From an uncultured cyanobacterium (GTDB lineage: Bacteria; Cyanobacteriota; Cyanobacteriia; Phormidesmidales; Phormidesmidaceae), in NCBI GenBank assembly GCA_963793265.1, contig CAWBZI010000001.1, positions 1,152,001-1,216,000 on the forward strand: 64,000 nt of DNA. Direction: 5' to 3'. Positions 49,192-60,525 of this stretch are shown here, piece after piece. The notes below the pieces were generated by a model. That model was given only the letters and a program-made list of their open reading frames with translations, was not told the origin of the DNA and did no database searches. The first letter of the stretch is position 1. Each line of letters starts with the position of its first letter. The position numbers and the translations under genes were made by a program.

Positions 49192-51813
49192 GTGATCCTT
49201 GCCGATCTCACACATAGCGATTCTTCTCGCACACCCACCCCAAAACCCATCATAGATGCCGCCGCCTGCTTTTATGCGCTGTGGAACAATCGTCTATACG
49301 GCATGTACATCATGGAGGTGCTTGAAAACGGCAAAGACTTCCGCTTCTTAGGCTTCAACGATACCTTTCATCAGCTCGAAGGCATTGTCAAAGCCAGCCC
49401 CACGCCAATACATCAGCTAGTCGGTCAGCGATTAAGCACAGGGCTGCCACCAGAGATGGCACGGCACTATCGACGCTACTTTGCAAGCTGCGTTCGCTCA
49501 GGTCATATTGTTGAATTTGAAGAGCATATTCCTAGCAGCAGCGGCGATACGTGGTGGAATCTGAGCATTGAACCGGTAAGAAACCAGAGCGGAGAAATCT
49601 ATCAACTGATTGCGACTGTTGCCGATATTACAGATAAGCGGCGGGCAGAAATAGCACTACAGGCTTCTCGCCAGGTGCTACAGCAAGTCATTGATTCGAT
49701 GCCGTCAGCCGTTATGTGGAAGGATCGCAACAGCATATACAAAGGATGCAATCTACCATTTGCTAAGATCGCAGGCTTTCAAAACGTTGCTGATTTAGTG
49801 GGTAAGAACGATTACGATATGCCCTGGGAAAAAGCAGAGGCTGACTGGTTTCGTAAGTGCGATCGCCAGGTGATGAATACAAACTGCGCTGAAATTGATA
49901 TTATCGAACCACAGCTTCAGGCAGATGGCAAGCAAGCCTGGCTCAGCACGAGCAAAATTCCGCTGCACGATAGCAATGGGCTAGTTTCTGGCGTTTTGGT
50001 TATGTTTGAAGACATTACCGATCGCAAAGACGCTCAAGAACAACAGGAAAGACTGCTCGCTATTTTAGAAGCCACACCTGATGTTGTCGGCATTACCGAT
50101 GCGGCGGGCAATCATCAGTATCTCAATCAGGCGGGGCAAACGCTATTTAATATTCAGCCTGAGCAAATCAATCAGTTTCACCTGGGCAATATCACTCGCC
50201 CTGACGTTGCAAAAAGGCTGATGGAAGAGGCCATTCCCGCTGCGATCGCCAACGGTAGCTGGCACGGCGAGTCTGTCATTCTATGCTGCAAAGGCCAACA
50301 GATTCCGGTGTCTCAGGTGATCATTTGCCATAAAACAGAAGAGGGTAAGGTAGCTTACTTTTCTTCGATTGCCAGGGACATTAGCGATCGCAAAGCCACC
50401 GAAACCCTGCTCAAAGATACTGCTGATCGCCAGGGGGTTCTTAACAAAATTACAGCTCAGGTTAGCAACTCACTCGATCTCGATACGGTCATTGCTACCA
50501 CGCTCATGTCTATGCATCAGGGGCTTAAGCTAGACTACTGCGCTTTTGCCTGGCTAGAAGAGGGGTCTGAGCCTACCTGGAAGGTAGTGCAGGCCGTTGA
50601 TGACACCGACCACGGCATTCCGTTGGATCAGCATCTAGTCGAGTATCCAAAAGAGTATATCGGCGTTAATTTTGAAGGCTTAGCTAATCAAGCAATCATT
50701 CAAACAAACGATACCAGCCGGTGCCACAGCGCGACTCACAAAAAGTTTCTCGAACGGCTAGGCGTTCACTCAGAAATCCTGGTGCCTATTCAAACAGATG
50801 CTGGCAAAACGGGTGTTATTGTCTGCTATCACATTCATCAAATTCATCCCTGGAGCACCGCAGAAGTAGAGTTGTTACGAGCCGTAGGAAATCAGCTTGC
50901 GATCGCTATCAACCAGGCCAACCTCTACGCTCAAAGCTGCCAGCAATCGCAGCAGCTCACCGCCGCGCTTAACCAGCTCAAACGCACCCAGGCCCAAATT
51001 ATCCAGGCCGAAAAAATGTCCAGCTTAGGACAAATGGTGGCAGGCGTCGCGCACGAAATCAACAATCCTGTGAACTTCATTCACGGCAATTTAGAGCCTG
51101 CTCAAGACTATACGCAAGATCTGTTGGGCCTCATTGCCCTATACCAAAAGACCTACACCACGCCGACCCCGGAGATAAAAGAAGAGCTTGAAACGGTCGA
51201 TTTAGAATTTGTAAAAGAAGACTTGCCTAAACTGTTGAATTCGATGATGGCAGGTACCGACCGCATCAGAGAGATAGTACTTTCGCTTCGCAACTTCTCT
51301 CGGCTTGATGAAGCCGCTGTGAAAACGGTTGACTTGCACGAAGGCATCGATAGCACCTTAGTAATTTTGAGCCATCGATTGAAGTGTAATAGGTGCGATC
51401 GCGCCATTAAAGTCAGCAAACAATACGGCGATCTTCCCCAGGTAGACTGCTACCCCAGCCAGCTCAATCAGGTCTTCATGAACATATTCGCCAACGCCAT
51501 CGACGCCTTAGACGATCATCAGCAACCACAGCTCACCATCACCACCGAGCTAACCAAACAGAACAACAAACCAACCCGAGCTATCATCCGCATCTGTGAC
51601 AACGGCCCCGGCATTCCCAAAGTCATCCAGCCTCAAATCCTAGATCCCTTCTTCACCACCAAGCCTGTCGGCAAAGGCACCGGTATGGGCATGTCCATCA
51701 GCTACCAAATCATCACCGAAAAGCACGGCGGCAACCTCACCTTCAGCTCAGAAATCGGCAAAGGTACCGAATTTGTTATTGACATTCCGATCCACCAGAT
51801 CGAGGCAACATAA
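49192..51813 (+). CDS. Soluble PAS-PAS-PAS-GAF histidine kinase
   Basis: PAC DIT/DIS-RK motifs, GAF, EKMSSLGQMVAGVAHEINNP, DNGPGI and GKGTGMG. Confidence 0.92.
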   Translation: MILADLTHSDSSRTPTPKPIIDAAACFYALWNNRLYGMYIMEVLENGKDFRFLGFNDTFHQLEGIVKASPTPIHQLVGQRLSTGLPPEMARHYRRYFASCVRSGHIVEFEEHIPSSSGDTWWNLSIEPVRNQSGEIYQLIATVADITDKRRAEIALQASRQVLQQVIDSMPSAVMWKDRNSIYKGCNLPFAKIAGFQNVADLVGKNDYDMPWEKAEADWFRKCDRQVMNTNCAEIDIIEPQLQADGKQAWLSTSKIPLHDSNGLVSGVLVMFEDITDRKDAQEQQERLLAILEATPDVVGITDAAGNHQYLNQAGQTLFNIQPEQINQFHLGNITRPDVAKRLMEEAIPAAIANGSWHGESVILCCKGQQIPVSQVIICHKTEEGKVAYFSSIARDISDRKATETLLKDTADRQGVLNKITAQVSNSLDLDTVIATTLMSMHQGLKLDYCAFAWLEEGSEPTWKVVQAVDDTDHGIPLDQHLVEYPKEYIGVNFEGLANQAIIQTNDTSRCHSATHKKFLERLGVHSEILVPIQTDAGKTGVIVCYHIHQIHPWSTAEVELLRAVGNQLAIAINQANLYAQSCQQSQQLTAALNQLKRTQAQIIQAEKMSSLGQMVAGVAHEINNPVNFIHGNLEPAQDYTQDLLGLIALYQKTYTTPTPEIKEELETVDLEFVKEDLPKLLNSMMAGTDRIREIVLSLRNFSRLDEAAVKTVDLHEGIDSTLVILSHRLKCNRCDRAIKVSKQYGDLPQVDCYPSQLNQVFMNIFANAIDALDDHQQPQLTITTELTKQNNKPTRAIIRICDNGPGIPKVIQPQILDPFFTTKPVGKGTGMGMSISYQIITEKHGGNLTFSSEIGKGTEFVIDIPIHQIEAT

Positions 51814-51976
51814 CGTAAATAGTCCACGCGGCGACGGTTCAGCACATCTTGACTCAGAGCCCCATTGTGGGGACGGGGGCCTCAGCCACTACAACCCAAA
51901 AAACAAAGCCCCCAGAAGACAAAACACTTCCAGGGGCTCCAAACTACAACAAACTAGGCATCAAAAAAGAACAAAC

Positions 51977-53770
51977 CTACCGCTTAGCCAGCTTCTTCTT
52001 ACCCACCTTACGCAACCGAATAGACTCAGGCGTAACCTCCACCATCTCATCGGGGCCAATATACTCAAGCGCTCGCTCCAAGCCCATCTCCATCGGAGAC
52101 TGAAGCTGCACTAGCTCATCACCCGACGCGGCTCGGTGGTTCGTAAGCTGCTTAGCCTTACAGATATTCAGCTCCAAATCCTGCGGGCGATTGTTCTCAC
52201 CCACCACCATGCCCTTGTACACCTTCGTACCCGGCTCAATAAAGAACGTCCCACGATCTTCCGCATTCTTCAGCGAGTAGAACGTTGCAACACCTTCTTC
52301 AAACGAAATCAACACGCCATTGCGTCGCGTATCAATCTCACCCGACATCGGACGATACTCCAAAAAGCTGTGGTTCATAATGCCAGCGCCACGAGTCGCC
52401 CGCATAAACTCACCCCTAAAGCCAATCAGGCCCCGAGCCGGTACCACAAACTCAAGCTGCGCCCGGCCATCGCCCGACACCATCATGTCTTGCAGTTCGC
52501 CTTTACGCGTACCCAAGCGCTCCATACAGCCGCCAACGGATTCTTCAGGAATATCGAGCACTAGCTGCTCAAACGGCTCGCAGGGCTTGCTGTTCACTTC
52601 ACGGTAAATCACCTGAGGCTGAGACACCTGAAACTCATAGCCCTCACGTCGCATCGTTTCAATCAAAATGCCAAGGTGTAGCTCACCCCGACCCGATACC
52701 GCGAAGCGATCGGGAGAATCAGTCGGCTCAACGCGCAAAGCCACATTGGTTTCTAGCTCACGGAAGAGGCGATCGCGCAACTGCCTGGACGTAACAAAAT
52801 CACCCTCTTGCCCTGCAAACGGTGAATCATTCACCGCAAAGGTCATCTGCAACGTTGGCTCATCTACCTTAATCAAAGGCAGCGCCTGCGGGTCGCTCGC
52901 ACTCGTAATCGTCTCACCAATGTTTGCATCCGCAAAACCAGCCACAGCCACCAGGTTACCAGCCGTGGCTTCTTTGATCTCAACGCGAGCCAAACCATCA
53001 AAGCCCATCAGCTTCGTAATTCTGCCCTTAACAATCGAGCCATCTTCTTTCACCAGCGCCGTCTGCTCGCCCTGACGAATCGTGCCGTTGTGCACCTTAC
53101 CAATCACAATCCGACCCAGGTAGTCCGAATAGTCCAGCGTGGTCACCTGAAGCTGCAAAGGCTTCTCAGGGTCACCAACTGGCGGTGATACATGGTGCAA
53201 AATCGACTCAAACAAAGGCTGCATGTCCTTGTCTTCGTCTTCCATTTTCGTTTTGGCAAAACCGCTCAGGCCCGATGCAAACAGATAGGGAAAATCGCAC
53301 TGGTCATCATCTGCACCCAGCTCAAGAAAAAGGTCAAGTACCTTATCTACAGCGACATGGGGGTCAGCCCGAGGCCGGTCAATCTTGTTGACCACCACAA
53401 TCGGACGCAAGCCTTTCTCTAGCGCCTTTTTCAGTACAAAGCGCGTCTGTGGCATCGGCCCTTCATTCGCGTCCACAATCAGCAGACAGCCGTCCACCAT
53501 GCCCAGTACGCGCTCAACTTCACCGCCAAAGTCCGCGTGACCAGGCGTATCTACAATATTGACCAAAATGTCTTTATACCGAACCGCCGTGTTCTTAGAC
53601 AGAATGGTGATCCCTCGCTCTCGTTCCAAATCGTTAGAGTCGAGCACACAAGTGGGGACGGCTTCGTTGTCACGAAAGATGCCGGACTGCTCAAGCAGTG
53701 AATCGACGAGTGTGGTTTTGCCGTGGTCTACGTGGGCGATGATAGCGACGTTACGAATTGGAATGCTCAT
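51977..53770 (-). CDS. typA: Translational GTPase TypA/BipA
   Basis: [31 protein letters not shown] and GRGELHL. Confidence 0.98.
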   Translation of the reverse strand: MSIPIRNVAIIAHVDHGKTTLVDSLLEQSGIFRDNEAVPTCVLDSNDLERERGITILSKNTAVRYKDILVNIVDTPGHADFGGEVERVLGMVDGCLLIVDANEGPMPQTRFVLKKALEKGLRPIVVVNKIDRPRADPHVAVDKVLDLFLELGADDDQCDFPYLFASGLSGFAKTKMEDEDKDMQPLFESILHHVSPPVGDPEKPLQLQVTTLDYSDYLGRIVIGKVHNGTIRQGEQTALVKEDGSIVKGRITKLMGFDGLARVEIKEATAGNLVAVAGFADANIGETITSASDPQALPLIKVDEPTLQMTFAVNDSPFAGQEGDFVTSRQLRDRLFRELETNVALRVEPTDSPDRFAVSGRGELHLGILIETMRREGYEFQVSQPQVIYREVNSKPCEPFEQLVLDIPEESVGGCMERLGTRKGELQDMMVSGDGRAQLEFVVPARGLIGFRGEFMRATRGAGIMNHSFLEYRPMSGEIDTRRNGVLISFEEGVATFYSLKNAEDRGTFFIEPGTKVYKGMVVGENNRPQDLELNICKAKQLTNHRAASGDELVQLQSPMEMGLERALEYIGPDEMVEVTPESIRLRKVGKKKLAKR

Positions 53771-54066
53771 GAGGTATCTCAAATGTGATGGCCCGCCAAT
53801 GCTTCGCGAGCACAAAAGAAGCTGCAATCAGGTGACATTTTTTTACGTCACCTATATAAAGCTTAATCAATTGTAACTTATGGGATAGCGCTCGTGGGCC
53901 TCAAACCCTTTTAATTTGGGCAAGTTGACGCATCTCCTCAGGTAGGCAAAACCTGACAACGGAGCAAATCCTTATGGGCTGCTTTGTTGGGAAGTGACGC
54001 GAGGCGATCGCGAATAAAAAGTCATCAATAAATAATGATGTTTGGCCAGATGCTCAGCCCTCAAGC

Positions 54067-54882
54067 TCAACCGCTCTCCCCTACATTTGTCACTGCCAGC
54101 TCAGTAGAATTCGGTAGCTCAGTCCCACAGCGCCGACAAAACTGCGCGTCTGTTTCATGGCCTATCAGGCTGCAGCTTTCACAAGCCACCCGCACAGAAT
54201 TCTGCACCTTCGTAAACTGCTGAATAAAGTTACCAACCTGCGTCGGAATCAGCGCAATCCCCGTCAAAATCATTGCGATTGTCAGCCCCCGGCCCATCTC
54301 AGAAACCGGCGTAATATCGCCATAGCCCACCGTCGTCATGGTCACCACCGCGAAGTAGACGGCATCTAAAAAGGTGACAAACGCCTCGCTATTAGCCTCA
54401 TGCTCTGCCTGGTAAATCGCCCCTGCGTAAATAAAGATGATTGAGAACAGCGTGAACAAAATTCGTGCAAAAATCAGTCCTTCAGAGCCGCTGAGCCGAG
54501 CGAACCAAATCTTTTTCTCAAAGAAACGGGCCAGCCGCAAAATTCTCAGCCAGCGGATCAGTCGTAAAAAGCGCGTATCGACAAAGCCCAGCACAAATGG
54601 CAAAATCGCCACCAAATCAATCAGACCGTAAATGCTGAAAACAAACCGCAGCGGGCGCTTCGCAGACCACAGACGAACAACATATTCGAGGGTGAACAGC
54701 ACCAGAATGATCTGGTCTGCAACCTTGAGCCATGCTTGAGTGGACGAAGACAGCGGGTAGGTTTGGATAGCAAATAGCGCGGCAGATAAAAGGATAAGGA
54801 AGGCGATCGCACCATTCACCACCACCCCAGCCGTCGAATCACTCTCCTCTAGTACATGCCGAACCCGTTCTTTCAAAGTCAT
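54067..54882 (-). CDS. Voltage-gated-type potassium channel
   Basis: S4-like RFLRLIRWLRILRLAR, TTVGYGD filter and C-terminal CxxC...CxxC. Confidence 0.92.
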   Translation of the reverse strand: MTLKERVRHVLEESDSTAGVVVNGAIAFLILLSAALFAIQTYPLSSSTQAWLKVADQIILVLFTLEYVVRLWSAKRPLRFVFSIYGLIDLVAILPFVLGFVDTRFLRLIRWLRILRLARFFEKKIWFARLSGSEGLIFARILFTLFSIIFIYAGAIYQAEHEANSEAFVTFLDAVYFAVVTMTTVGYGDITPVSEMGRGLTIAMILTGIALIPTQVGNFIQQFTKVQNSVRVACESCSLIGHETDAQFCRRCGTELPNSTELAVTNVGESG

Positions 54883-54947
54883 CTTTATATCTACAGATTC
54901 TCTCAGAAATCATCACATTATCTGTAGTTAACGGCTACCGCCCAAAA

Positions 54948-55052
54948 GAACTCGATAGGATAACTGAGCTAACTTATCAAAAGCCCCAGGGAAAGTCCGG
55001 CGAAAATCCGGCGCTGTGCCGCAACTGTCAAAGTCAGAACACCTGAGCGAGC
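54948..55052 (+). promoter_or_regulatory. Cobalamin riboswitch (short form; boundaries approximate)
   Basis: GGGAA-AGT-CCGG-CGAAAAT-CCGG-CGCTG..CCGCAACTGT and B12 box AAGTCAGAACACCTG; directly upstream of cbiX. Confidence 0.8.
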
Positions 55053-55113
55053 TTTTGTTCTATTATCCACTTCTCTCTACTGCCTGCGTCGCACAGCGCA
55101 TAGAGCCTCTTTT

Positions 55114-56226
55114 ATGACACGTATTCAAACCGCCGACACACTCACTGCTCAGCCCCAGCGCGTTATCGCCGCCGACCCTTCAACCGGCCTTCTGGCCAAT
55201 CATCACGGATCAAACCCATCAAATATTGACACGTCCTACGATGGCCTAACGTTACCACCGCTACCTATCGTCCGTCCGCTGCTCATGGTCGGCCACGGCA
55301 CCCGCAACCCCAAAGGTCGCCAGGATCTCATCGACTTCGCCACCATCTACCGGCAGCTAGACACCTCACGCCCCGTTATCCCCTGCTTTTTAGAACTCAC
55401 CGAGCCCAGCATTCAAGACGGCGTAGACCAGTGCATTGAGCAAGGCTACACCGATATCTCCGTCCTCCCTATCCTTCTATTCGCCGCCCGCCACAACAAG
55501 TTCGATGTCACCAACGAACTCGACCGCGCCAAACGCAGGCACCCACAGCTCACCTTCCACTACGGTCGCCATTTCGGCATCACTCCCGCCATCTTCGATC
55601 TGTGGAAAGCTCGCCTTGCTTTGCTAGACACCCTCACTCATAATCCCAACGGCATCGCCCGCGAAGACACCGTTCTGATGTTCATCGGTCGCGGCTCTAG
55701 CGATCCTGATGCCAACGGCGACGTGTACAAAATGGCCCGCATGATGTGGGAAGGCAGCGGCTATCACACAGTCGAAACCTGCTTTATTGGCATTACCCAT
55801 CCCCGGCTAGAAGAAGGCTTTAGAAGGTCGCGTCTCTATCAGCCCAAGCGCATCGTCGTGCTGCCCTACTTCATGTTTACCGGCGTACTAATGGAAAAAA
55901 TTGAGGCGATCGCCACCCAGCAGCAAACCCTCCATCCCGACGCCGAAATCGCCATGCTCCCCGAAATGGGCATCCATCCTCAATTAATTAGAGTATTGCG
56001 CGACCGAGAAATCGAAACCCAGCGCGGACAGGTCGCCATGAACTGCGAAATGTGTAAATTCCGCATCGTCGCTGGAGAATCAGGCCACGGTCATGACCAT
56101 CACGGCCACGATCATCACGGCCATAATCATTCCAATGGTCACGGCCACAATCACGACCATGGCGCTAATCTAGATCCCTGCGCCGAGCCTGAAAAATACC
56201 ATCAGCGCATCTGGCAAGTTCCTTAG
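55114..56226 (+). CDS. cbiX: Sirohydrochlorin cobaltochelatase CbiX (long form, His-rich tail)
   Basis: [36 protein letters not shown] and poly-His. Confidence 0.92.
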   Translation: MTRIQTADTLTAQPQRVIAADPSTGLLANHHGSNPSNIDTSYDGLTLPPLPIVRPLLMVGHGTRNPKGRQDLIDFATIYRQLDTSRPVIPCFLELTEPSIQDGVDQCIEQGYTDISVLPILLFAARHNKFDVTNELDRAKRRHPQLTFHYGRHFGITPAIFDLWKARLALLDTLTHNPNGIAREDTVLMFIGRGSSDPDANGDVYKMARMMWEGSGYHTVETCFIGITHPRLEEGFRRSRLYQPKRIVVLPYFMFTGVLMEKIEAIATQQQTLHPDAEIAMLPEMGIHPQLIRVLRDREIETQRGQVAMNCEMCKFRIVAGESGHGHDHHGHDHHGHNHSNGHGHNHDHGANLDPCAEPEKYHQRIWQVP

Positions 56227-56240
56227 TTTATTACGACTCT

Positions 56241-56474
56241 ATGGCTGACTCTACGTTTAAGGTGGGCGATCGCGTCCGCATCGCCACCGCCCCCCCCTAC
56301 CTAAAAACCGACGACAACATGCCCATGCTACGCCCCCCAGACCTCGTAGAACTGGGGGAAGAAGGCGTCATCAAATCACGTAAACCCGGCGGCTACTTAG
56401 GCGTCCGATTCAGCCAGGGCACCTTCTTACTAGACGCCCAATACCTTGAACTAGCCACCGAGCCAGCAGAATAA
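56241..56474 (+). CDS. sipA: SipA (NblS-interacting, DUF3148)
   Basis: F.VGDRVR...PPYLKT.D.MPMLRPPDLV..GEEG and VRFSQGTFLLD. Confidence 0.85.
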   Translation: MADSTFKVGDRVRIATAPPYLKTDDNMPMLRPPDLVELGEEGVIKSRKPGGYLGVRFSQGTFLLDAQYLELATEPAE

Positions 56475-56613
56475 AACTTCTTTTTCAAAGCGAGCCCAAA
56501 ACAGGCGGCAACGGTGTGCTACATTTAGTAACCGTGAAAGGCATACGAATTGCCCACAGCGAGCTTTGCTGTAGCGCAGAGCACACCCCGCACAAGCAGG
56601 GGCATAAAGATGG

Positions 56614-56685
56614 GGGTCGCTAGCTCAGTGGTAGAGCATTCGGCTTTTAACCGACTGGTCCTGGGTTCGAATCCCAGGCGACCCA
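56614..56685 (+). tRNA. trnK: tRNA-Lys(TTT)
   Basis: GGGTCGC/GCGACCC acceptor stem, AGCTCAGTGGTAGAGC D arm, CTTTTAA anticodon loop and GGTTCGAATCC T arm; CCA not encoded. Confidence 0.97.
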
Positions 56686-56861
56686 TTTTTTCCAAGCTCA
56701 GATTTTAGACCTTAGATTTTAAGCTCTTTTACGTTCAGCTAAAAAGAGTTATTCACAGGTCATTGTTTTGACCTACTATTGATTTATATAAACCTAAGAT
56801 TAATTTTAGGTTTGCACTTGAAGGTTGCCCTTGGGCAATAAATCAATTAGGAGGATATGGA

Positions 56862-57941
56862 ATGGCGCTTGTACCTATGCGGCTGATGCTCGATCACGCA
56901 GCCGAAGAAGGCTACGGAATCCCTGCGTTTAACGTAAACAACCTGGAGCAGATTCTTGCGATCATGCAGGCTGCTGACGAAACTGACAGCCCCGTAATTT
57001 TGCAGGCTTCACGCGGCGCGCGCAAATACGCAGGCGAAAACTTCTTGCGTCATTTGGTGATGGCAGCGGTAGAAACCTATCCCCACATCCCCGTCGTGAT
57101 GCACCAAGACCACGGTAACGGCCCAGCGACTTGCTACTCAGCAATCCGCAACGGCTTTACCAGCGTCATGATGGACGGCTCTCTCGAAGAAGATGCGAAA
57201 ACGCCAGCCAGCTTCGAGTACAACGTCAACGTCACTCGCAAGGTCGTTGATGTAGCTCACGCGATTGGCGCGAGTGTAGAAGGCGAGCTAGGCTGCCTCG
57301 GCTCACTCGAAACCGGCCAGGGCGAAGCAGAAGACGGCCACGGCTTTGAAGGCAAGCTCGACAAAGACCAGCTCCTCACTGACCCCGAAGAAGCGGCTCA
57401 GTTTGTAGAGGCTACTCAAGTAGACGCCCTTGCAGTTGCCATTGGCACCAGCCACGGCGCATACAAGTTCACTCGCAAGCCTACCGGCGAAATCTTGGCA
57501 ATTGACAGGATTGCAGAAATCCACAAGCGTTTGCCCAACACTCACCTGGTCATGCACGGATCTTCTTCTGTTCCACAAAAGTGGCTAGAGATGATTAACA
57601 AGCACGGCGGTGCCATTCCTGAAACTTACGGCGTACCCGTTGAAGAGATTCAAAAGGGCATTAAAAACGGCGTTCGCAAAGTGAACATCGACACCGACAA
57701 CCGCCTGGCAATTACCGCTGCGATTCGGGAAGCTGCCGAAGCCGATCCTAAAAACTTCGACCCTCGTCACTTCCTCAAGCCTTCTATCAAGTACATGAAG
57801 ATGGTTTGCACAGATCGCTACGAGAAGTTCGGTGCGGCGGGTCAAGCTTCTAAGATCAAGCAGGTTGGCGTAGAGATCTTTGCTGATAAGTACGCTGCTG
57901 GCGAACTTGATGCCAAAGTTAAGAAGACGGCTGCTGTCTAA
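56862..57941 (+). CDS. fbaA: Class II fructose-bisphosphate aldolase
   Basis: [35 protein letters not shown] and KVNIDTD; GGAGG SD. Confidence 0.97.
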   Translation: MALVPMRLMLDHAAEEGYGIPAFNVNNLEQILAIMQAADETDSPVILQASRGARKYAGENFLRHLVMAAVETYPHIPVVMHQDHGNGPATCYSAIRNGFTSVMMDGSLEEDAKTPASFEYNVNVTRKVVDVAHAIGASVEGELGCLGSLETGQGEAEDGHGFEGKLDKDQLLTDPEEAAQFVEATQVDALAVAIGTSHGAYKFTRKPTGEILAIDRIAEIHKRLPNTHLVMHGSSSVPQKWLEMINKHGGAIPETYGVPVEEIQKGIKNGVRKVNIDTDNRLAITAAIREAAEADPKNFDPRHFLKPSIKYMKMVCTDRYEKFGAAGQASKIKQVGVEIFADKYAAGELDAKVKKTAAV

Positions 57942-57976
57942 TTGTTTGATCTGTTAAAAGCCGTACTCGGTTAAGT

Positions 57977-58018
57977 AAAACAAACCCCTAGAAGAGCTAA
58001 TCTTCTAGGGGTTTGTTT
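57977..58018 (+). terminator. Rho-independent terminator after fbaA
   Basis: AAACAAACCCCTAGAAGA-gctaa-TCTTCTAGGGGTTTGTTT followed by T-rich sequence. Confidence 0.85.
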
Positions 58019-58192
58019 ATGTTTTGTTCACCATAGAGACTACGCAGCTACCTGCTGTGGCATGTGCAATGGTCTGGAATCCTCCCCTTACAAGTTGATT
58101 TCTTATGACAGGGCATCTAAAAAAGTACGAAAAGTACTCTAGCAATGTGTACTTACGATTAAAAGCATTGCTTCATCAGCAGGGTGATCCCA

Positions 58193-58592
58193 ATGAGCAA
58201 CGAGTTTCAAAAGTTTGTAGTAGACCCCGACACGATTGAGCCAAGGCAGTTCTCTGAAGCACCACCGCCGCCGCCACCCGTAGTTGTGAACAAAGGCGCA
58301 GGCTGGCTATACGCCAATGTCACAGATTGAGCTGGAGGGTCAGACTTATAGCGGGATGACTAGCGGTAGGGTGCCCTAGTGGGTGCTGATAACAGGGGCC
58401 ATTGTATTCGTAGTGCCGAGTATAGCGATGGTGCTCTTAAGCGGCGATTTCGTTCTTCTTCTGATTCTTTCTCCGCTTTTAGCACTGCCTATCATGATTG
58501 TTTGGCGAGGCGTCCGTGCCAAACTGATTGCTCAAAAGCAGAGAGAACAGCGTCGGCGTAGGAGAGAAAGCGCGATCAGACTGAATGAGTGA
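58193..58592 (+). pseudogene. Disrupted small membrane-protein gene
   Basis: The ATG58193 frame joins the 58383..58592 frame if one copy of GGCTGGCT (58301-58308) is removed; in-frame TAG at 58377 in GRVP*WVLITG. Confidence 0.65.
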
Positions 58593-58631
58593 TGGAGATG
58601 TTATAAAATCTGTAGCTTCTCGTCCCGTCTC

Positions 58632-59405
58632 TCAATACATCTGATTCCAAACGTCGCTAGGATTATCAGCAAAAACATAAGCATGAACCATCCAGCCAAA
58701 GGCGGTTGGCATAAAGTCGCCACCCACTTCCGCACAAGCTACCTCAGTCGCAATCGCGCTCTGTGGCCCAAAGCGCGGCGCACCATTATCTTCAATTTTC
58801 CACTGCTCACTATCCCAAATTGGGTCGGGCACACAAATATTGGTATGCAGATGCCACTGCGTTACCGAAAGCGGCATCCGTTCATCAAGCTCTGCTTCAG
58901 TCGCATCATCGGGAGCCACAAACATTGCCCCAATTAGCTTCAATGAACTATCAGGCTGACGCTCATATAGCAAAGACCCAGGCTCCTGTGGATTGAGCCG
59001 CCAGTTTTCCTGCCAGGAGCGATACACATTTACATAGTGCACAATGCGCAAACCGCTCGAATCGGCTGGGAAGGGGAAATAGTCATCGGCTTCAGCAACA
59101 GAAATATCTGCATACTTAGCGATCGCCCCTTTCAGCTCTTCGGCAATCTCATCAGCCACAGCCTGATCTTCAGCCTTCGGTGCTCTCATAGCCGTCATGC
59201 GCACGTGCGGATCGTTCTCACCATGAGGCGTCATCGAGCCGTCTGAGCCTTCAAGCCCGTTTAAGTCGATCGGGCCGAGGGCTATGAGTGGAGAGGTTTG
59301 ATGGGTTTGTTGTTGCGTTTGAGCGATCGCAGGCGGCAATAGGAAGGCAAGCAGCAACAGAGCCAATAATACCAAACGAAAATAGCGGCGTCTTAAAAAC
59401 AGCAT
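58632..59405 (-). CDS. Secreted hypothetical protein (His-containing motifs)
   Basis: Signal peptide; VHY, P.SLLYE, LIGAMF, WHLHTNIC and GWMVH. Confidence 0.75.
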   Translation of the reverse strand: MLFLRRRYFRLVLLALLLLAFLLPPAIAQTQQQTHQTSPLIALGPIDLNGLEGSDGSMTPHGENDPHVRMTAMRAPKAEDQAVADEIAEELKGAIAKYADISVAEADDYFPFPADSSGLRIVHYVNVYRSWQENWRLNPQEPGSLLYERQPDSSLKLIGAMFVAPDDATEAELDERMPLSVTQWHLHTNICVPDPIWDSEQWKIEDNGAPRFGPQSAIATEVACAEVGGDFMPTAFGWMVHAYVFADNPSDVWNQMY

Positions 59406-59551
59406 GGCCTTGTAGAAAGTAATGTGACTTTTTTACAGATGCCCTGTTTCTATAATTTCGCAGTGAGCTGAGTTCGTGAACTGGGGTGTGCCAGCGATCG
59501 CAACCGTCCAATTTGCTAAAATGAGAGAATGGTTCTGAAGCAAGGCCGAGA

Positions 59552-59827
59552 ATGAATCTTCCTCAACTCCGCTACAGTAAAGAAGAATTTACCAAGAGAG
59601 GCAATGAGATCTATGAAGCTCAGGTGCGTGCTCAGGTTGAGGACGGTAACCATGGCAAAATTGTTGCTATAGACATTGAGACAGGCGAGTTCGAGCTTGG
59701 GCGCAACACCATGATCGCTTCTGATAACCTGCTTGAAAGATGTCCTGACGCACAGATTTGGTGCGTTCGCATCGGATACAAAGGCGTACATCGCTTCGGT
59801 GCTTATAGTCCCGCAGCACAACTATGA
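59552..59827 (+). CDS. Small hypothetical protein coupled to the aspartic protease
   Basis: RYSKEEF..RG.EIY, GKIVAIDIETGEFE and VRIG; ATGA overlap with the next gene. Confidence 0.75.
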   Translation: MNLPQLRYSKEEFTKRGNEIYEAQVRAQVEDGNHGKIVAIDIETGEFELGRNTMIASDNLLERCPDAQIWCVRIGYKGVHRFGAYSPAAQL

Positions 59828-60213
59828 TGCTGGGAAGGGTCGATCTCAACTGTGAGGCAATAGTTCGTTTAGCTGTAGGAAACAGCGAGGGTAAGCGACA
59901 AATGGTCGAGGCCTTAATTGATACCGGGTTTACCGGATTCATGACTTTGCCACTACCCATTCTGAAGAAGTTAGGATTGCAAGCCTACAGGAGAGAAGAA
60001 GGCATTCTAGGGGATGGTAGCAGTTGCACCTTTGACGTGTACAGAGGTTTAGTAATTTGGGACAGTGAGCTTCGGTCTGTCGATATCAATGCATCTGAAG
60101 CTGGCGTACTCATCGGAATGAGCTTGCTCTATGGCTATCGAATGCAAATGGATGCGATAGAAGGGGGGACGGTAACCATCACCAGCTTGGTTTACCAAGG
60201 ATCGACTTATTGA
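59824..60213 (+). CDS. Clan AA (retropepsin-like) aspartic protease
   Basis: ALIDTGFTG catalytic motif, LGDGS flap and LIGMSLL. Confidence 0.85.
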   Translation: MMLGRVDLNCEAIVRLAVGNSEGKRQMVEALIDTGFTGFMTLPLPILKKLGLQAYRREEGILGDGSSCTFDVYRGLVIWDSELRSVDINASEAGVLIGMSLLYGYRMQMDAIEGGTVTITSLVYQGSTY

Positions 60214-60525
60214 AAGCATACTTCGCTCATTTGAGTTCTCAGAAGGTAGTGACAGTTATCGCGTCTCTAAATCAAGAGAATAAATATGTTTCTACATAGA
60301 GTTAGGCAAAATATGTGACTTTATCGAGAAGGTTCCAAACGAACATTTCTGTAAAGGTGCTCGATTGGAATCTCGATGTTCATACTCGCAATAGAGATGC
60401 GATCGCCCGCTCTATGTGGAAAATACAGCCACATCCGCCCTTCTCCCTTCCGAAAGCACTCCACCTGCATCCGCTTAGCGCTTATCAACGCATATTCTTT
60501 TGAACTTTACACGCCTACCAAAAGC

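Noticed and set aside
50450..50930. GAF domain as a cyanobacteriochrome
   Set aside because: The position equivalent to the chromophore-binding CH reads TH (SATHKKFLERL), and no DxCF-like motif is present.
53830..53853. AGGTGAC-N10-GTCACCT inverted repeat upstream of typA
   Set aside because: A single 7-bp palindrome that I cannot assign to a regulator.
56614..56860. tRNA-Lys as an integration site for an island
   Set aside because: No integrase, and no duplicated tRNA 3' end seen; the flanks are housekeeping genes.
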